Positions 18,517-28,244 of a DNA stretch of 64,000 nt are shown here, piece by piece. The position numbers were made by a program, and so were the translations under genes. The notes under the pieces were generated by a model. The model was not told the DNA's origin and ran no database searches. It was given only the letters and a program-made list of their open reading frames with translations. Positions within the stretch are counted from its first letter, which is position 1, and each line of letters opens with the position of its first letter. The stretch covers positions 1-64,000 of the forward strand of contig PPNB01000028.1 of assembly GCA_003707115.1 (NCBI GenBank), given 5' to 3'. This DNA is from Tortispora ganteri. Taxonomy: Eukaryota.

Positions 18517-19749
18517 ATGGCGTTCGATCGACGGATAGTGTCGGCACCGTCCGCGAACATATCGGCATACTCTGACGTCGCCAAAGATCATGTATCGGTA
18601 CTTTTTACCAGTTTCAACAGCACAATTTCAGGTTTCAGCGTGTCACCTAAACTGGATGTGACCGCAGATATTCTCTATACCGACGCGATTCAGGCAGAAA
18701 TCAACGAATCGATGCAAACAGCTCGAATTCAAGGACGAGGGGTCTTTCAAATAAATAAACGACTAAATCAAAATGACGTCTACTTCTTTCAGTGCGGCCA
18801 GTTAGAAAGACCCTTGTTTCGAAAAACACGCTGGTGGACGCTCAATGCCCATACTATTATCATTACGGGTCCACCTTATTTGAATTTCTGGAAAGTATCG
18901 CTAGACCCAAGCTATGCTACAAGAATACCAGAACTGGAGTCCATATTATCTGACATATGCTCCTCCATGACATTCACAAGGCCGATTCTACTACACAAAA
19001 CTAGCGACTCTTCTTCTATCGACAAAATGTCTTCTCCCCCTACCAGCCCTCCTTTCAGCGACAACTCACACACCGCCACCTCGACTTCCACTCCGCCCTA
19101 CCTCGACGAAAATCCATACCTTTCACCTCCTCACAGCGACGTTGATTCTGAATTTGTGACACCGGTAAAACCTTCTATCTCGTCTATCAGCCAAGGAGGA
19201 GCGCTCGCGTCTGCGATTGGATCGCCAGATCCCACTACTACTCCTCGGCGCCGGATACGATTGAAGAAAGACTCTCCTTCTAAAGCTCTCGATGCTCTTT
19301 TGGACAACTTCCACGAAGAAATTGATCTAGCATCTACCGACTCAGAACTTGATGACTACGAAGTCTTAGATCTGCTGATGGACCTTCCAAGTGAACGATA
19401 TTGTCCGCGCAGGGTCACTTTGGCAGCTGCAGTGTCCGACGCTGCAGACAGAGTAGCTCATATACCTAACAAAGCTGCAAAAATGGCTTCTGATAGGCTT
19501 AACACGTTGCTTGGTTTAACTAGTGACGTCAGTTCCATAGACAGAAGCTCGCCCATAGCATGGCACGATATAGATAACGACGACCTGGAAGGAGTGCACG
19601 ATAATGACGAACAGGACGGCTTCTCTTACGATTCCAACAATAACAAATCCCAGATTACGGGCTTGATGACATCTTTGTCATATGGCGGATCATACTTGTA
19701 TGGAGTGGTGAGCCATGTTACGAAACCATGGACTACGCGCTCTCGCTGA
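18517..19749 (+). CDS. INP1: Probable peroxisome inheritance protein Inp1
   Basis: FFQCG....PLF.KTRWW.......I......FWKVSL resembles the Inp1 domain, followed by a long S/T/P-rich disordered tail. Confidence 0.55.
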   Translation: MAFDRRIVSAPSANISAYSDVAKDHVSVLFTSFNSTISGFSVSPKLDVTADILYTDAIQAEINESMQTARIQGRGVFQINKRLNQNDVYFFQCGQLERPLFRKTRWWTLNAHTIIITGPPYLNFWKVSLDPSYATRIPELESILSDICSSMTFTRPILLHKTSDSSSIDKMSSPPTSPPFSDNSHTATSTSTPPYLDENPYLSPPHSDVDSEFVTPVKPSISSISQGGALASAIGSPDPTTTPRRRIRLKKDSPSKALDALLDNFHEEIDLASTDSELDDYEVLDLLMDLPSERYCPRRVTLAAAVSDAADRVAHIPNKAAKMASDRLNTLLGLTSDVSSIDRSSPIAWHDIDNDDLEGVHDNDEQDGFSYDSNNNKSQITGLMTSLSYGGSYLYGVVSHVTKPWTTRSR

Positions 19750-19867
19750 TTCTCTTTATGGGTATGTATTATATTCTCACAATGAGGTTGTAGTTTTCTA
19801 CTTTACGATAATTTATATATTTTTGATTTATTCTCGTGTGTCATAGATAATATGTGAACTGTTCGCA

Positions 19868-21589
19868 TTACTTGACTTCCTTTTTAGCTTCTTCTTTAAC
19901 ATTAGCCATGCAGATAAATGCCGATACTTCCCATAATGGTAGCCATAAACACATAACTATTATCCATGTCCAGACCTGCAGGTCTCTCCATGACGAGATA
20001 AATGTGTCAATAATATAGGCATACCCGCTTGTAAAAATGCCGACGAGGTAGAAGATGAAGAACGGATTAAGCACCAGAAGCAGTATACAAGCGCGCATCC
20101 TATTGATTCCAGGTCTTAAAAACATGAGCGGTGAAGATACTAGTCCCACTACTAGCGCCAGGGAGAAATTAAGAGTAGCAAGCGCAGTAAGAGCCATACC
20201 GCTTAGTACCAGAGCTATGGCATGTATTTCATTCAGTAATTCGTAAGACATAGGCGATGCATAGAGTGCAGTTGGTATAATACATGCGCAGAAAGATGGC
20301 AGCATTTGTGCGACTAATTGAGAATCAAAAAGCAAAGAGAAGCATAGTAGTGCAAAAGTAAAGGCCAGAATTACAGCCTCCACGAAGAATGCCTTCAGAA
20401 TGCTAGATTGGGATGAGCCATTCTGAATGTAAGAAATCCACTTGGATATCCCTTGCAAAGTGAACGCGCCGGCTATAGACATTGCAGCAGGGAGATAGGT
20501 TCCGATACTGACAAAATGGTGCGGGGAGAGCAGGAGATAGAAAAAGAAAGATTGGTGGAAGTGTTCTAAGAGATTATTTATAGAACGGAGTGTACCTTCG
20601 ATGATACGTCCATATACTGTCTCATCGTGCGCGTGCTCGGTCGTGGGGATGGCCGAAATAGTGATTGCGTCGATTCTCCAGCCGCTAAAACTTTCACATC
20701 CGGTCACGCGGTTAAGGCCAGACGTGACTTGGGCGGCAACACTCGACAGTAGGGTCGAGAGCAACTGAAAATAAGCAGAAGATTTGAGAGGGTTCAAAAA
20801 AGGCGGGAGGACGCTGAACAGCTTGTCCAAACCGCCGTGTATGAATGTAGGAAGGGAATTAAAGTCAGCAATTGTTACAACGGTATTTATGAGGTCCAAG
20901 TTAGGGAGCTGGCCGTTTAGGCCGGTATAAGATATGTCTATGGCCGAGAATCCTGACAGGTCTGTGGGGTAGTCGAGAACCAGGGCACCTTCAATTGACC
21001 CGGCTTGGATAGGTAGAGAGCGATGGTAGGCTGCGACCCATTCACGCAGAGACTTATGCGGGTCTGGTGGAAAAACAAATATGAGACTTTTTGACCACAC
21101 CGACCATTTCGTGAGGTACCGAGCGAGTGCAAGACCGATGGAGATGCCGTTGAAGTTGAACAGGCCGTCACCATTCATCCAAGGGCATACAAGCACAACA
21201 GCTTCTGTGTTGTCACCTCTGGGTGCACGGAAGATTCCATAGACGGTGGCCTTATCTGGTGCGTGGTGATAGACGTCCGTGTAGTAGCCCTGTTCCGAAA
21301 GGATGGTCGAAAGGGAGTCGACGATGTCAGAAGCGGGTTTGTCCCGCAGACGCCGCACTTCTTCCTTGTACCCACGCAGGTAGTGCCATTCGGAGGAGCG
21401 AAAGTACGCCTGTGCCTGCCCAGGCAACAGCGCATTCTCGGATATGTACGTGTTCCTGAACTGACCAGGGAGGGGCAGGACAAAGAGCCAGCAGGCGCCG
21501 ACCACGAGGGCGATGACGGCCAGAAAAGACACACGCTTCACAATGAAGCCGAACAAAGCCGTCTTTACTCGGGAGCCAGATACAGCCAT
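19868..21589 (-). CDS. GAA1: GPI transamidase subunit Gaa1
   Basis: TYISENALLPGQ, RAPRGDNTEA, GLNGQLPNLDL, RSINNLLEHFHQSFFFYLL, multiple C-terminal TM segments. Confidence 0.95.
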   Translation of the reverse strand: MAVSGSRVKTALFGFIVKRVSFLAVIALVVGACWLFVLPLPGQFRNTYISENALLPGQAQAYFRSSEWHYLRGYKEEVRRLRDKPASDIVDSLSTILSEQGYYTDVYHHAPDKATVYGIFRAPRGDNTEAVVLVCPWMNGDGLFNFNGISIGLALARYLTKWSVWSKSLIFVFPPDPHKSLREWVAAYHRSLPIQAGSIEGALVLDYPTDLSGFSAIDISYTGLNGQLPNLDLINTVVTIADFNSLPTFIHGGLDKLFSVLPPFLNPLKSSAYFQLLSTLLSSVAAQVTSGLNRVTGCESFSGWRIDAITISAIPTTEHAHDETVYGRIIEGTLRSINNLLEHFHQSFFFYLLLSPHHFVSIGTYLPAAMSIAGAFTLQGISKWISYIQNGSSQSSILKAFFVEAVILAFTFALLCFSLLFDSQLVAQMLPSFCACIIPTALYASPMSYELLNEIHAIALVLSGMALTALATLNFSLALVVGLVSSPLMFLRPGINRMRACILLLVLNPFFIFYLVGIFTSGYAYIIDTFISSWRDLQVWTWIIVMCLWLPLWEVSAFICMANVKEEAKKEVK

Positions 21590-21754
21590 TGCCAATTCTG
21601 ATACTCAAGTATATAACAGGTTAGAAACGCTGTAGCGCGAATGCTGGGGGCCTTTGTTAAGTTCTCCTTGTTTAGGTAACAGCTCTATGGGTAAGTATTA
21701 GTTACTTGCGTCGAAAATGGGTCAAATTGGTGTTACCCGGCCTGCACCCAATAA

Positions 21755-23593
21755 ATGGATCACAAGGTGAGAAATGATATTCTGCTTTACACGTGGTTTG
21801 AATTGCCATCAGATATGCCGCCAGATGGCACAGATTCGACATTAATAAAAATTGTACGAAGTCTGCGAGGGATTCAAGGATATGTGAGATCCTCACCTGC
21901 GGCTAAGAGCGATAAAATTGTCGAGATCAAGCACAAAGATGCAGAGAAGTCGCTGATCTCGACTCCGCCTCGATCTCGACAAAACTCGCCGACAGGCACG
22001 AGTGCTAGTTCACCAGATGTGCCGCAATCTTGGAGAACGTCTATATCAAAGTCACTGAGTACTTCATGGCTGCCATTCCAGACACGCGACCCGAGCGAAC
22101 TGCAAGAAGAAGAAGATCGAAAACCCGAGCCGGAACGCAAGTCGTGGGCGTTCTGGTCACGATACTCAGGCAAAAATGAGTATAGCGAACATAACGAGGA
22201 CGTAGGTGAACTTGCTGTTGACGGTACAGCTACTGAATCGGATCCTACTAAAGCTGAAACACAAGTTAAACGGTCGAAGTCAGAACTTGACCTGCGCAAA
22301 CTGTATTCGTCTAGATCGTCTGCCCGTATTCAGTCGCCAAATGACGTCTACTACATATCACCGTTCAGCAATATTGTTGCACCGGCAATTGAAGCATGTT
22401 ACATGCGCTATTCTAGAGCCGGAGCGTTAAAACGGCGGTTTTCACAGCTTATCTCTGGAGTACCTATTGACGCAGCTGGTGTAAACATTTCTGCGCCGCG
22501 ACCGTTCAAGAAAGCTGTAGTGATTGGAGTGCATGGATTTTTCCCTGTCCGTGTTGTTCGGACAATACTGGGTGAGCCTACTGGAACATCGATCAAGTTC
22601 GCAGATGAGGCAGCAGAGGCTGTTGAAAGATGGGCACGAGAACAAGGAATAGATTCCAACATTTCTATAGAAAAAATTGCCTTGGAAGGAGAAGGCACTG
22701 TGGAGGAACGAGTAGATAGCCTTTATAAGTTGTTACTGAACTGGCGACAGCATATTGTCGATGCTGATTACATTCTGGTCGCAGCACATTCTCAGGGTGT
22801 AGTGGTATCTGCGCATATACTGAAACGGTTGATTGAGGACAACCTAGCTGACGGGAAGAATATTGGGTTGCTTGGTATGGCTGGTGTGAATTTAGGGCCA
22901 TTTTACGGACTAGATACTCACATGGCTATGAAGGCATATTCGACTATTGAGTCGGCGGCCCTGTCTGAGCTATTTGAGTTCCAGAAGGAAGATTCGAAAC
23001 AGTCTTGCGAATATCGAGAAGCTCTCACGTATATTGTTAATGAGGGCGTACGTGTGACTTTTGTAGGGTCTACGAACGATCAGGTTGTTCCACTGTATTC
23101 GTCATTGTGCATGAGCGCGAACCATCCTGGAATTTATAGGGCTGCGTTTATGGACCGGAAGATCCACAACGAGGATAATGCATTTCTGACATCACTTATT
23201 GGATTTGTACTGAGAATGGGTAATAGTGGACACTCTGACTACGGAGTGATTAAAGCTTTGTCGCTGCCGCTTGCAGGGACGTTAACTGGGGGCGGTCACT
23301 CACGACTGTACATGGATCCATGTGTATACGACCTCGCAGTAAGGCACAGTCTGGAGACAAGCATAACTGACTGGTCGCCTAAGATGGTATGGAACACAAT
23401 CAATGCAAAAGAGAGCGCGAATCCGTACCTTCTTCCGTGGAGCATGAGGGGCCTGTTCGATGATGCATTTACGAAGACATACATGAAGAAAGAGATTTAT
23501 GGACTTATTGATGAGCTCGCTAGCTGGAAGCCAGCGAACAAAGGCATGAAAGAATTGAAATACAGGCTTAGCGGTATTTCGTCTAAATTATAA
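21755..23593 (+). CDS. Conserved fungal alpha/beta-hydrolase-like protein (YML020W family) ending in SKL
   Basis: KKAVVIGVHGFFP...GEPTGTS.KF, AHSQG, DQVVPLYSS, GGGHS, NPYLLPWSMRGL. Exact start uncertain. Confidence 0.8.
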   Translation: MDHKVRNDILLYTWFELPSDMPPDGTDSTLIKIVRSLRGIQGYVRSSPAAKSDKIVEIKHKDAEKSLISTPPRSRQNSPTGTSASSPDVPQSWRTSISKSLSTSWLPFQTRDPSELQEEEDRKPEPERKSWAFWSRYSGKNEYSEHNEDVGELAVDGTATESDPTKAETQVKRSKSELDLRKLYSSRSSARIQSPNDVYYISPFSNIVAPAIEACYMRYSRAGALKRRFSQLISGVPIDAAGVNISAPRPFKKAVVIGVHGFFPVRVVRTILGEPTGTSIKFADEAAEAVERWAREQGIDSNISIEKIALEGEGTVEERVDSLYKLLLNWRQHIVDADYILVAAHSQGVVVSAHILKRLIEDNLADGKNIGLLGMAGVNLGPFYGLDTHMAMKAYSTIESAALSELFEFQKEDSKQSCEYREALTYIVNEGVRVTFVGSTNDQVVPLYSSLCMSANHPGIYRAAFMDRKIHNEDNAFLTSLIGFVLRMGNSGHSDYGVIKALSLPLAGTLTGGGHSRLYMDPCVYDLAVRHSLETSITDWSPKMVWNTINAKESANPYLLPWSMRGLFDDAFTKTYMKKEIYGLIDELASWKPANKGMKELKYRLSGISSKL

Positions 23594-23637
23594 TAATAAT
23601 TTTGGTATGGTTAAATTAGCAATATACGTAAATTGCT

Positions 23638-23994
23638 TTATTTCTTCTTAGATTTCTTCTTGTCTTTCTTTCTTTGAAGGTCTAGCATATTTTCTTTTGA
23701 TATTTCAATATATTTTGCCCAGAAATCGTCTAAAGAATCAAAACTAACTAATGTAACCATTTTTTGTCGTAATAGGTCATCTTTTTTCGCAACTTTTGCT
23801 CTTATGAGTAGTGTTGGTTTCGATTCGGTGGTGCCTTCAGGTGGTAAATGTGACTTGATGGTTACTCTTACGGTATTCTTTGCCTTGTAGAAGATCGGCA
23901 GTTTTTCCAAAAACTATTTTTTGTTAGAATAGCGCATTTATCAAGTGAAATTAATAAAAAAAAAAAAGTACTTTACCTCTTCATTAGAGATCAT
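23638..23994 (-). CDS. SRP14: Signal recognition particle subunit Srp14; exons 23994-23977 and 23913-23638
   Basis: Spliced product MISNEE|FLEKLPIFY..., then VRVTIK, LLIRA, LDDFWAKY and a Lys-rich tail. Confidence 0.85.
23914..23976 (-). other. Spliceosomal intron in SRP14 (63 nt)
   Basis: GTAAAG donor, TTCTAAC branch point, TAG acceptor, phase 0. Supplies the missing ATG. Confidence 0.8.
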
Positions 23995-24104
23995 TTATGA
24001 AACAAGGAAGAAATTAAAATGGGTGTTAAAACAGAGTAAGTAACTAAACTAAACCTTCCCCCCATACAAACAAAATTCTTCTTTTACAACCACTCCAATT
24101 TTCT

Positions 24105-26168
24105 ATGAAAAGGAAGAACACGACGCTGCCGGTCTCGATTTTAAACGAACTAGGTGAATCGCGTCCAAGGAATAAACGGTCTACTAAAAATTACAAAAAA
24201 CCGCGACACAATAGACGCGTGAAAGCTGATCTGAGCGATGAAGAGTTTGCCAGTTTTGATTCAGATCAAGGAGATCAGAAATCTTCACATCGTCCCCCAA
24301 AAGATGCCGAATACGACGACGATATCAAGTATTATGCAGATAAACTAGGTATTAAAAATGTCAGTCAACTGCCGACTGAGTTTGAAGACGACGGTCTTGC
24401 GTTCCTAACAGAAGGTCTAGAAGCCGATGAGGACTCCGAGAGTGAAAGCCACCACGAAAACAACAGCGATAACAATGACCACACTAATTCCGGTGAAGAC
24501 TCTGAAACTGACTCTGACGACTCAAACAACTACATCCCCGCTAATGAAAACCCTTACAGGCCACCCACAACAGGCACATATATACCGCCTTCTATGCGAC
24601 AGAAATCTGATCCGAATATCCAACTGACTAGACAGATAAAAAGTATTCTCAACAAGCTCTCTGAATCGAATCTATGGACTATTGCTGGTAATCTCAATAA
24701 CCTATATATGGACAATCCGCGCCAGACCACTACAGAGAATGTATCTCAACTGATCCTCGACTCTGTTAAACAATCAGCCGTAGTCAACGATTCATTCGTC
24801 TTGCTCTACGCCAGCCTGGTCTCATGTCTCTATCGTTTGCAGGGTTTGGAATTTGCCGCTTATTTTGTTCAAACAACTGTAGAATCTTTCATCAGCCAAC
24901 ATTCAAATGCCGATTCGCGGGCTGCTGGTAATTTTTTACTTGTTATTGCCGCACTGTACAGTCTGCACGTGGTCTCTTCCACGATTGTCTACGATATCAC
25001 TCGCATGTTGGTCTCCGATATTAATGAACTCAACACTGAACTGCTTCTTAAGTTGCTTCGCGTCACTGATGCGCAGCTTCGTAAGGATGACCCCAGTTCG
25101 CTAAAAGACATCGTCTTGCTTTTTCAACAGAACTCTCCCTCAGACTTATCCGGCCGCTCAGCTTTCCTCGCAGATGCGCTTGTCTCTTTAAAGAACAACA
25201 AGTCGAAACTCAGATCCGAATCGACCGCTGCACAAATAATAACACTCACAAAATTAGTCAATCAAGGCCCAGGAAACGCTACTCAGCCTATTAATGTCTC
25301 GCTTATTGATATTAAGAACATCGACGTCAACGGAAAATGGTGGTTAGTAGGCGCTGCTTGGAAAAATAACGCTAAAAGTTTGGAAACTATATCTGTCTCC
25401 TCGTCATCGGCAGCTGGCTCCTCGTCTTCTTCTTCTCGCCTGAAGCTCAGCAAAGACGATGGTCTGATAGCCACAGAAGTTAACTGGGATGACCTTTCGA
25501 AGCAGAACGGAATGAACACTTCCGTTAGAAAAAGCATATTCATAGCACTTATGGGTAGTACAGACTGCACTAATGCTTTTGAACGCATAGACAAATTACA
25601 TCTTACGAAATCGCAAAGCTACGAAATACCGCGAGTCATACTTCATTGCGCCGCAAAGGAACCGACCTTCAATCTCTTCTACGCATTGGTAGCCGGACGC
25701 TTTTGCCAAAAACATTCCTTCAAAAAGGCCTTCGAATTTTCCTTTTGGGATATATGGAAAGCTTTGGAATCTGGCGAAGGTGAGGAAGGACTGATTGGCC
25801 CTGATGATAAGTCGAGACTGCAACGTCTTATCAATCTGTCAAATTTGTACGGCGTTCTCACCGCAAAAGGCTATTTGACTTTTTCGATTCTTCGCAATGT
25901 CAATTTTGTTGGTCTGAATAAGCCTTCGCACATATTTCTCGAACTGTACTTGCAGGAATCTCTACTGCGTTCTGCCAAAAAGCAATCACCAGAAACCGCC
26001 GCTAGAGCCCTTTTCGAACCTATTGCGAGTAATACTACGGTTTTATTGGGTCTACGCTACAGCTTATCGAGGCTAGATGATTCAGAACTTATACCACTAA
26101 AGCAGAGACCGCTCCTAAAGAGCCTGGTAGAATCTGCAGAGGTTTTCTATTCAAATCTAGATAACTAA
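24105..26168 (+). CDS. SGD1: Nucleolar MIF4G/MA3 protein Sgd1 (NOM1)
   Basis: YIPPSMR, LNKLSESN, LRKDDPSSLKDI, GKWWLVGAAW, MNTSVRKSIF.ALM.S.D. Confidence 0.92.
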   Translation: MKRKNTTLPVSILNELGESRPRNKRSTKNYKKPRHNRRVKADLSDEEFASFDSDQGDQKSSHRPPKDAEYDDDIKYYADKLGIKNVSQLPTEFEDDGLAFLTEGLEADEDSESESHHENNSDNNDHTNSGEDSETDSDDSNNYIPANENPYRPPTTGTYIPPSMRQKSDPNIQLTRQIKSILNKLSESNLWTIAGNLNNLYMDNPRQTTTENVSQLILDSVKQSAVVNDSFVLLYASLVSCLYRLQGLEFAAYFVQTTVESFISQHSNADSRAAGNFLLVIAALYSLHVVSSTIVYDITRMLVSDINELNTELLLKLLRVTDAQLRKDDPSSLKDIVLLFQQNSPSDLSGRSAFLADALVSLKNNKSKLRSESTAAQIITLTKLVNQGPGNATQPINVSLIDIKNIDVNGKWWLVGAAWKNNAKSLETISVSSSSAAGSSSSSSRLKLSKDDGLIATEVNWDDLSKQNGMNTSVRKSIFIALMGSTDCTNAFERIDKLHLTKSQSYEIPRVILHCAAKEPTFNLFYALVAGRFCQKHSFKKAFEFSFWDIWKALESGEGEEGLIGPDDKSRLQRLINLSNLYGVLTAKGYLTFSILRNVNFVGLNKPSHIFLELYLQESLLRSAKKQSPETAARALFEPIASNTTVLLGLRYSLSRLDDSELIPLKQRPLLKSLVESAEVFYSNLDN

Positions 26169-26407
26169 CTATGGGTGCGTACTGCAGCTAACCGAAGCAT
26201 CTCGGATACCGGGTGTGGGTCCGGGTAACACCCAAGAAAAAATTACAATCGCCATTGGCTATACCCTATAATAACCATTAGGGCACTTACTTGTTAGTTC
26301 TCCACTACAATAAACCAACATTGCCACTGCAAATACGCGAATTGTTCGCCAAAAAATAGCGTTTACTATAGAAACAATTTTGGTTTGACATAGTCTAATT
26401 GAAAAAG

Positions 26408-27928
26408 ATGAATAGCTTAGTCTCAAGGTTTGCTCGTTCCGTGACTTCCAGCGGTTCCCTGGCTACCCGCCCATCTGCTTCTTTTGCTCGTTGTAGCACA
26501 AGAGGCTACGCCTCGAAAACTGCGGAGCATGACGTCCTCGTGATAGGTGGTGGTCCCGGTGGCTATGTTGCTGCGATAAAAGCTGCGCAATTGGGTTTGA
26601 ACACCGCCTGCGTTGAAATGCGTGGCCGTCTCGGAGGTACCTGCTTAAACGTCGGTTGCATCCCCTCAAAGTCTTTACTTAACAACTCTATGAGATATCA
26701 CGATGTTCTGCACGACTCTAAAAAGCGTGGTGTTATTGTTGGAAATGTAGAATTGGACTTAGCCCAGATGATGAAGGCTAAAGACGAATCTGTCGACCAG
26801 CTTACCGGAGGCATTGAAATGCTCTTCAAGAAGAACAAAGTGACTTACTACAAAGGAAAAGGCACCTTTATCGATGAACACCAAGTTCAAATTGATGCTA
26901 TTGAAGGCGGCGAAGATGCTATTGTTAACGCTAAGAACATCATTATTGCCACTGGCTCGGAACCTACCCCCTTCCCCGGAATTGAAGTGGACGAGAAGCG
27001 CATCGTCACCTCCACAGGAGCAATTGCGTTATCGGAAGTACCAAAACGTATGGCAATCATCGGTGGCGGTATTATTGGCTTAGAAATGGCCTCTGTCTGG
27101 TCGCGTCTTGGTTCCGAAGTCACCATCCTAGAGTTCTTACCTACTATCGGAGGCGCCGGCATGGATTCTGAAGTGTCGAAGACCATCCAAAAACTTCTCC
27201 AGAAGCAAGGCTTGAAATTTAAAACTGGTACCAAAGTTTTGAGTGCTAAAGTTGATGGTGAAGAAGTCCACATCGACCTTGAGAATGCCAAGTCTGGAAA
27301 GCAAGAGACCATTGTTGCTGACACTTTGTTGGTAGCTGTTGGACGTCGCCCTTACACCGAAGGCTTAGGCCTTGAGAAGATCGGCATTGAACTCGATGAG
27401 CGCAAGCGCGTGATTATGGATAACGAATACCGCACCAAGTTCCCTCACATCCGTGTTATCGGTGACTGCACTTTTGGACCTATGCTTGCCCACAAAGCAG
27501 AAGAAGAAGGCATTGCCGCTGCTGAGTATATCAAGCTTGGACATGGCCACGTTAACTACGGTGTCATTCCCTCTGTCATGTACACTCACCCTGAAGTTGC
27601 ATGGGTTGGACAATCCGAACAACAAGTCAAGGAATCTGGAAAGGCTTACAGTATTGGCAAGTTCCCCTACCTCGCCAACTCCCGTGCCAAGACCAATTTA
27701 GATACTGATGGTTTTGTTAAGTTCATCACTGACAAAGAAACTGACCGCATTCTTGGTTGTCATATCATTGGAGCTAACGCCGGTGAAGCCATTGCCGAAG
27801 CCGCGTTGGCTCTTGAGTATGGCGCCTCAGCTGAGGACATTGCCCGTACTTGCCACGCACATCCTACTCTCTCCGAGGCTGTTAAGGAAGCTGCGTTATC
27901 TGCCTATGACAAGCCTATCAACTTTTAA
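26408..27928 (+). CDS. LPD1: Dihydrolipoamide dehydrogenase (mitochondrial E3)
   Basis: Presequence; [32 protein letters not shown]. Confidence 0.97.
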   Translation: MNSLVSRFARSVTSSGSLATRPSASFARCSTRGYASKTAEHDVLVIGGGPGGYVAAIKAAQLGLNTACVEMRGRLGGTCLNVGCIPSKSLLNNSMRYHDVLHDSKKRGVIVGNVELDLAQMMKAKDESVDQLTGGIEMLFKKNKVTYYKGKGTFIDEHQVQIDAIEGGEDAIVNAKNIIIATGSEPTPFPGIEVDEKRIVTSTGAIALSEVPKRMAIIGGGIIGLEMASVWSRLGSEVTILEFLPTIGGAGMDSEVSKTIQKLLQKQGLKFKTGTKVLSAKVDGEEVHIDLENAKSGKQETIVADTLLVAVGRRPYTEGLGLEKIGIELDERKRVIMDNEYRTKFPHIRVIGDCTFGPMLAHKAEEEGIAAAEYIKLGHGHVNYGVIPSVMYTHPEVAWVGQSEQQVKESGKAYSIGKFPYLANSRAKTNLDTDGFVKFITDKETDRILGCHIIGANAGEAIAEAALALEYGASAEDIARTCHAHPTLSEAVKEAALSAYDKPINF

Positions 27929-28244
27929 GCTATCTCTTTTCTAGGCTTCCAATCTTATACAAGGTTTACAACATTTTACAGGCTCTGCCTATGTAACACT
28001 GTGGCTGTGTTGTAAGGCTCTTCGCTTCGTCGTGCCGCCTCAAACTCGTAGCTCTTTATTATTGCAATAATGCGTTTAATTTTGCTGCTAATCTACAGTA
28101 CAGCGCTTTTCGATAACTGTCGCGCACTTCCTGTAAAACTTGTCAATTAGCAATCGTTTCTTTACCCTAACCCTGTATCTACCACTTGACCCATTAGTCA
28201 ACCAGACCGACCACCTTTCATCAACAACAGACCAGTCGTAAAAA

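Noticed and set aside
21600..21700. ATACTTACC on the minus strand resembling the U1 snRNA 5' end
   Set aside because: No U1-70K loop (GATCA.GAAG), U1A loop or Sm site follows; it is simply the complement of a GGTAAGTAT donor-like word.
24036..24060. GTAAGT...ACTAAAC upstream of SGD1 as an intron
   Set aside because: Donor and branch-like word are too close together and no AG lies before the ATG.
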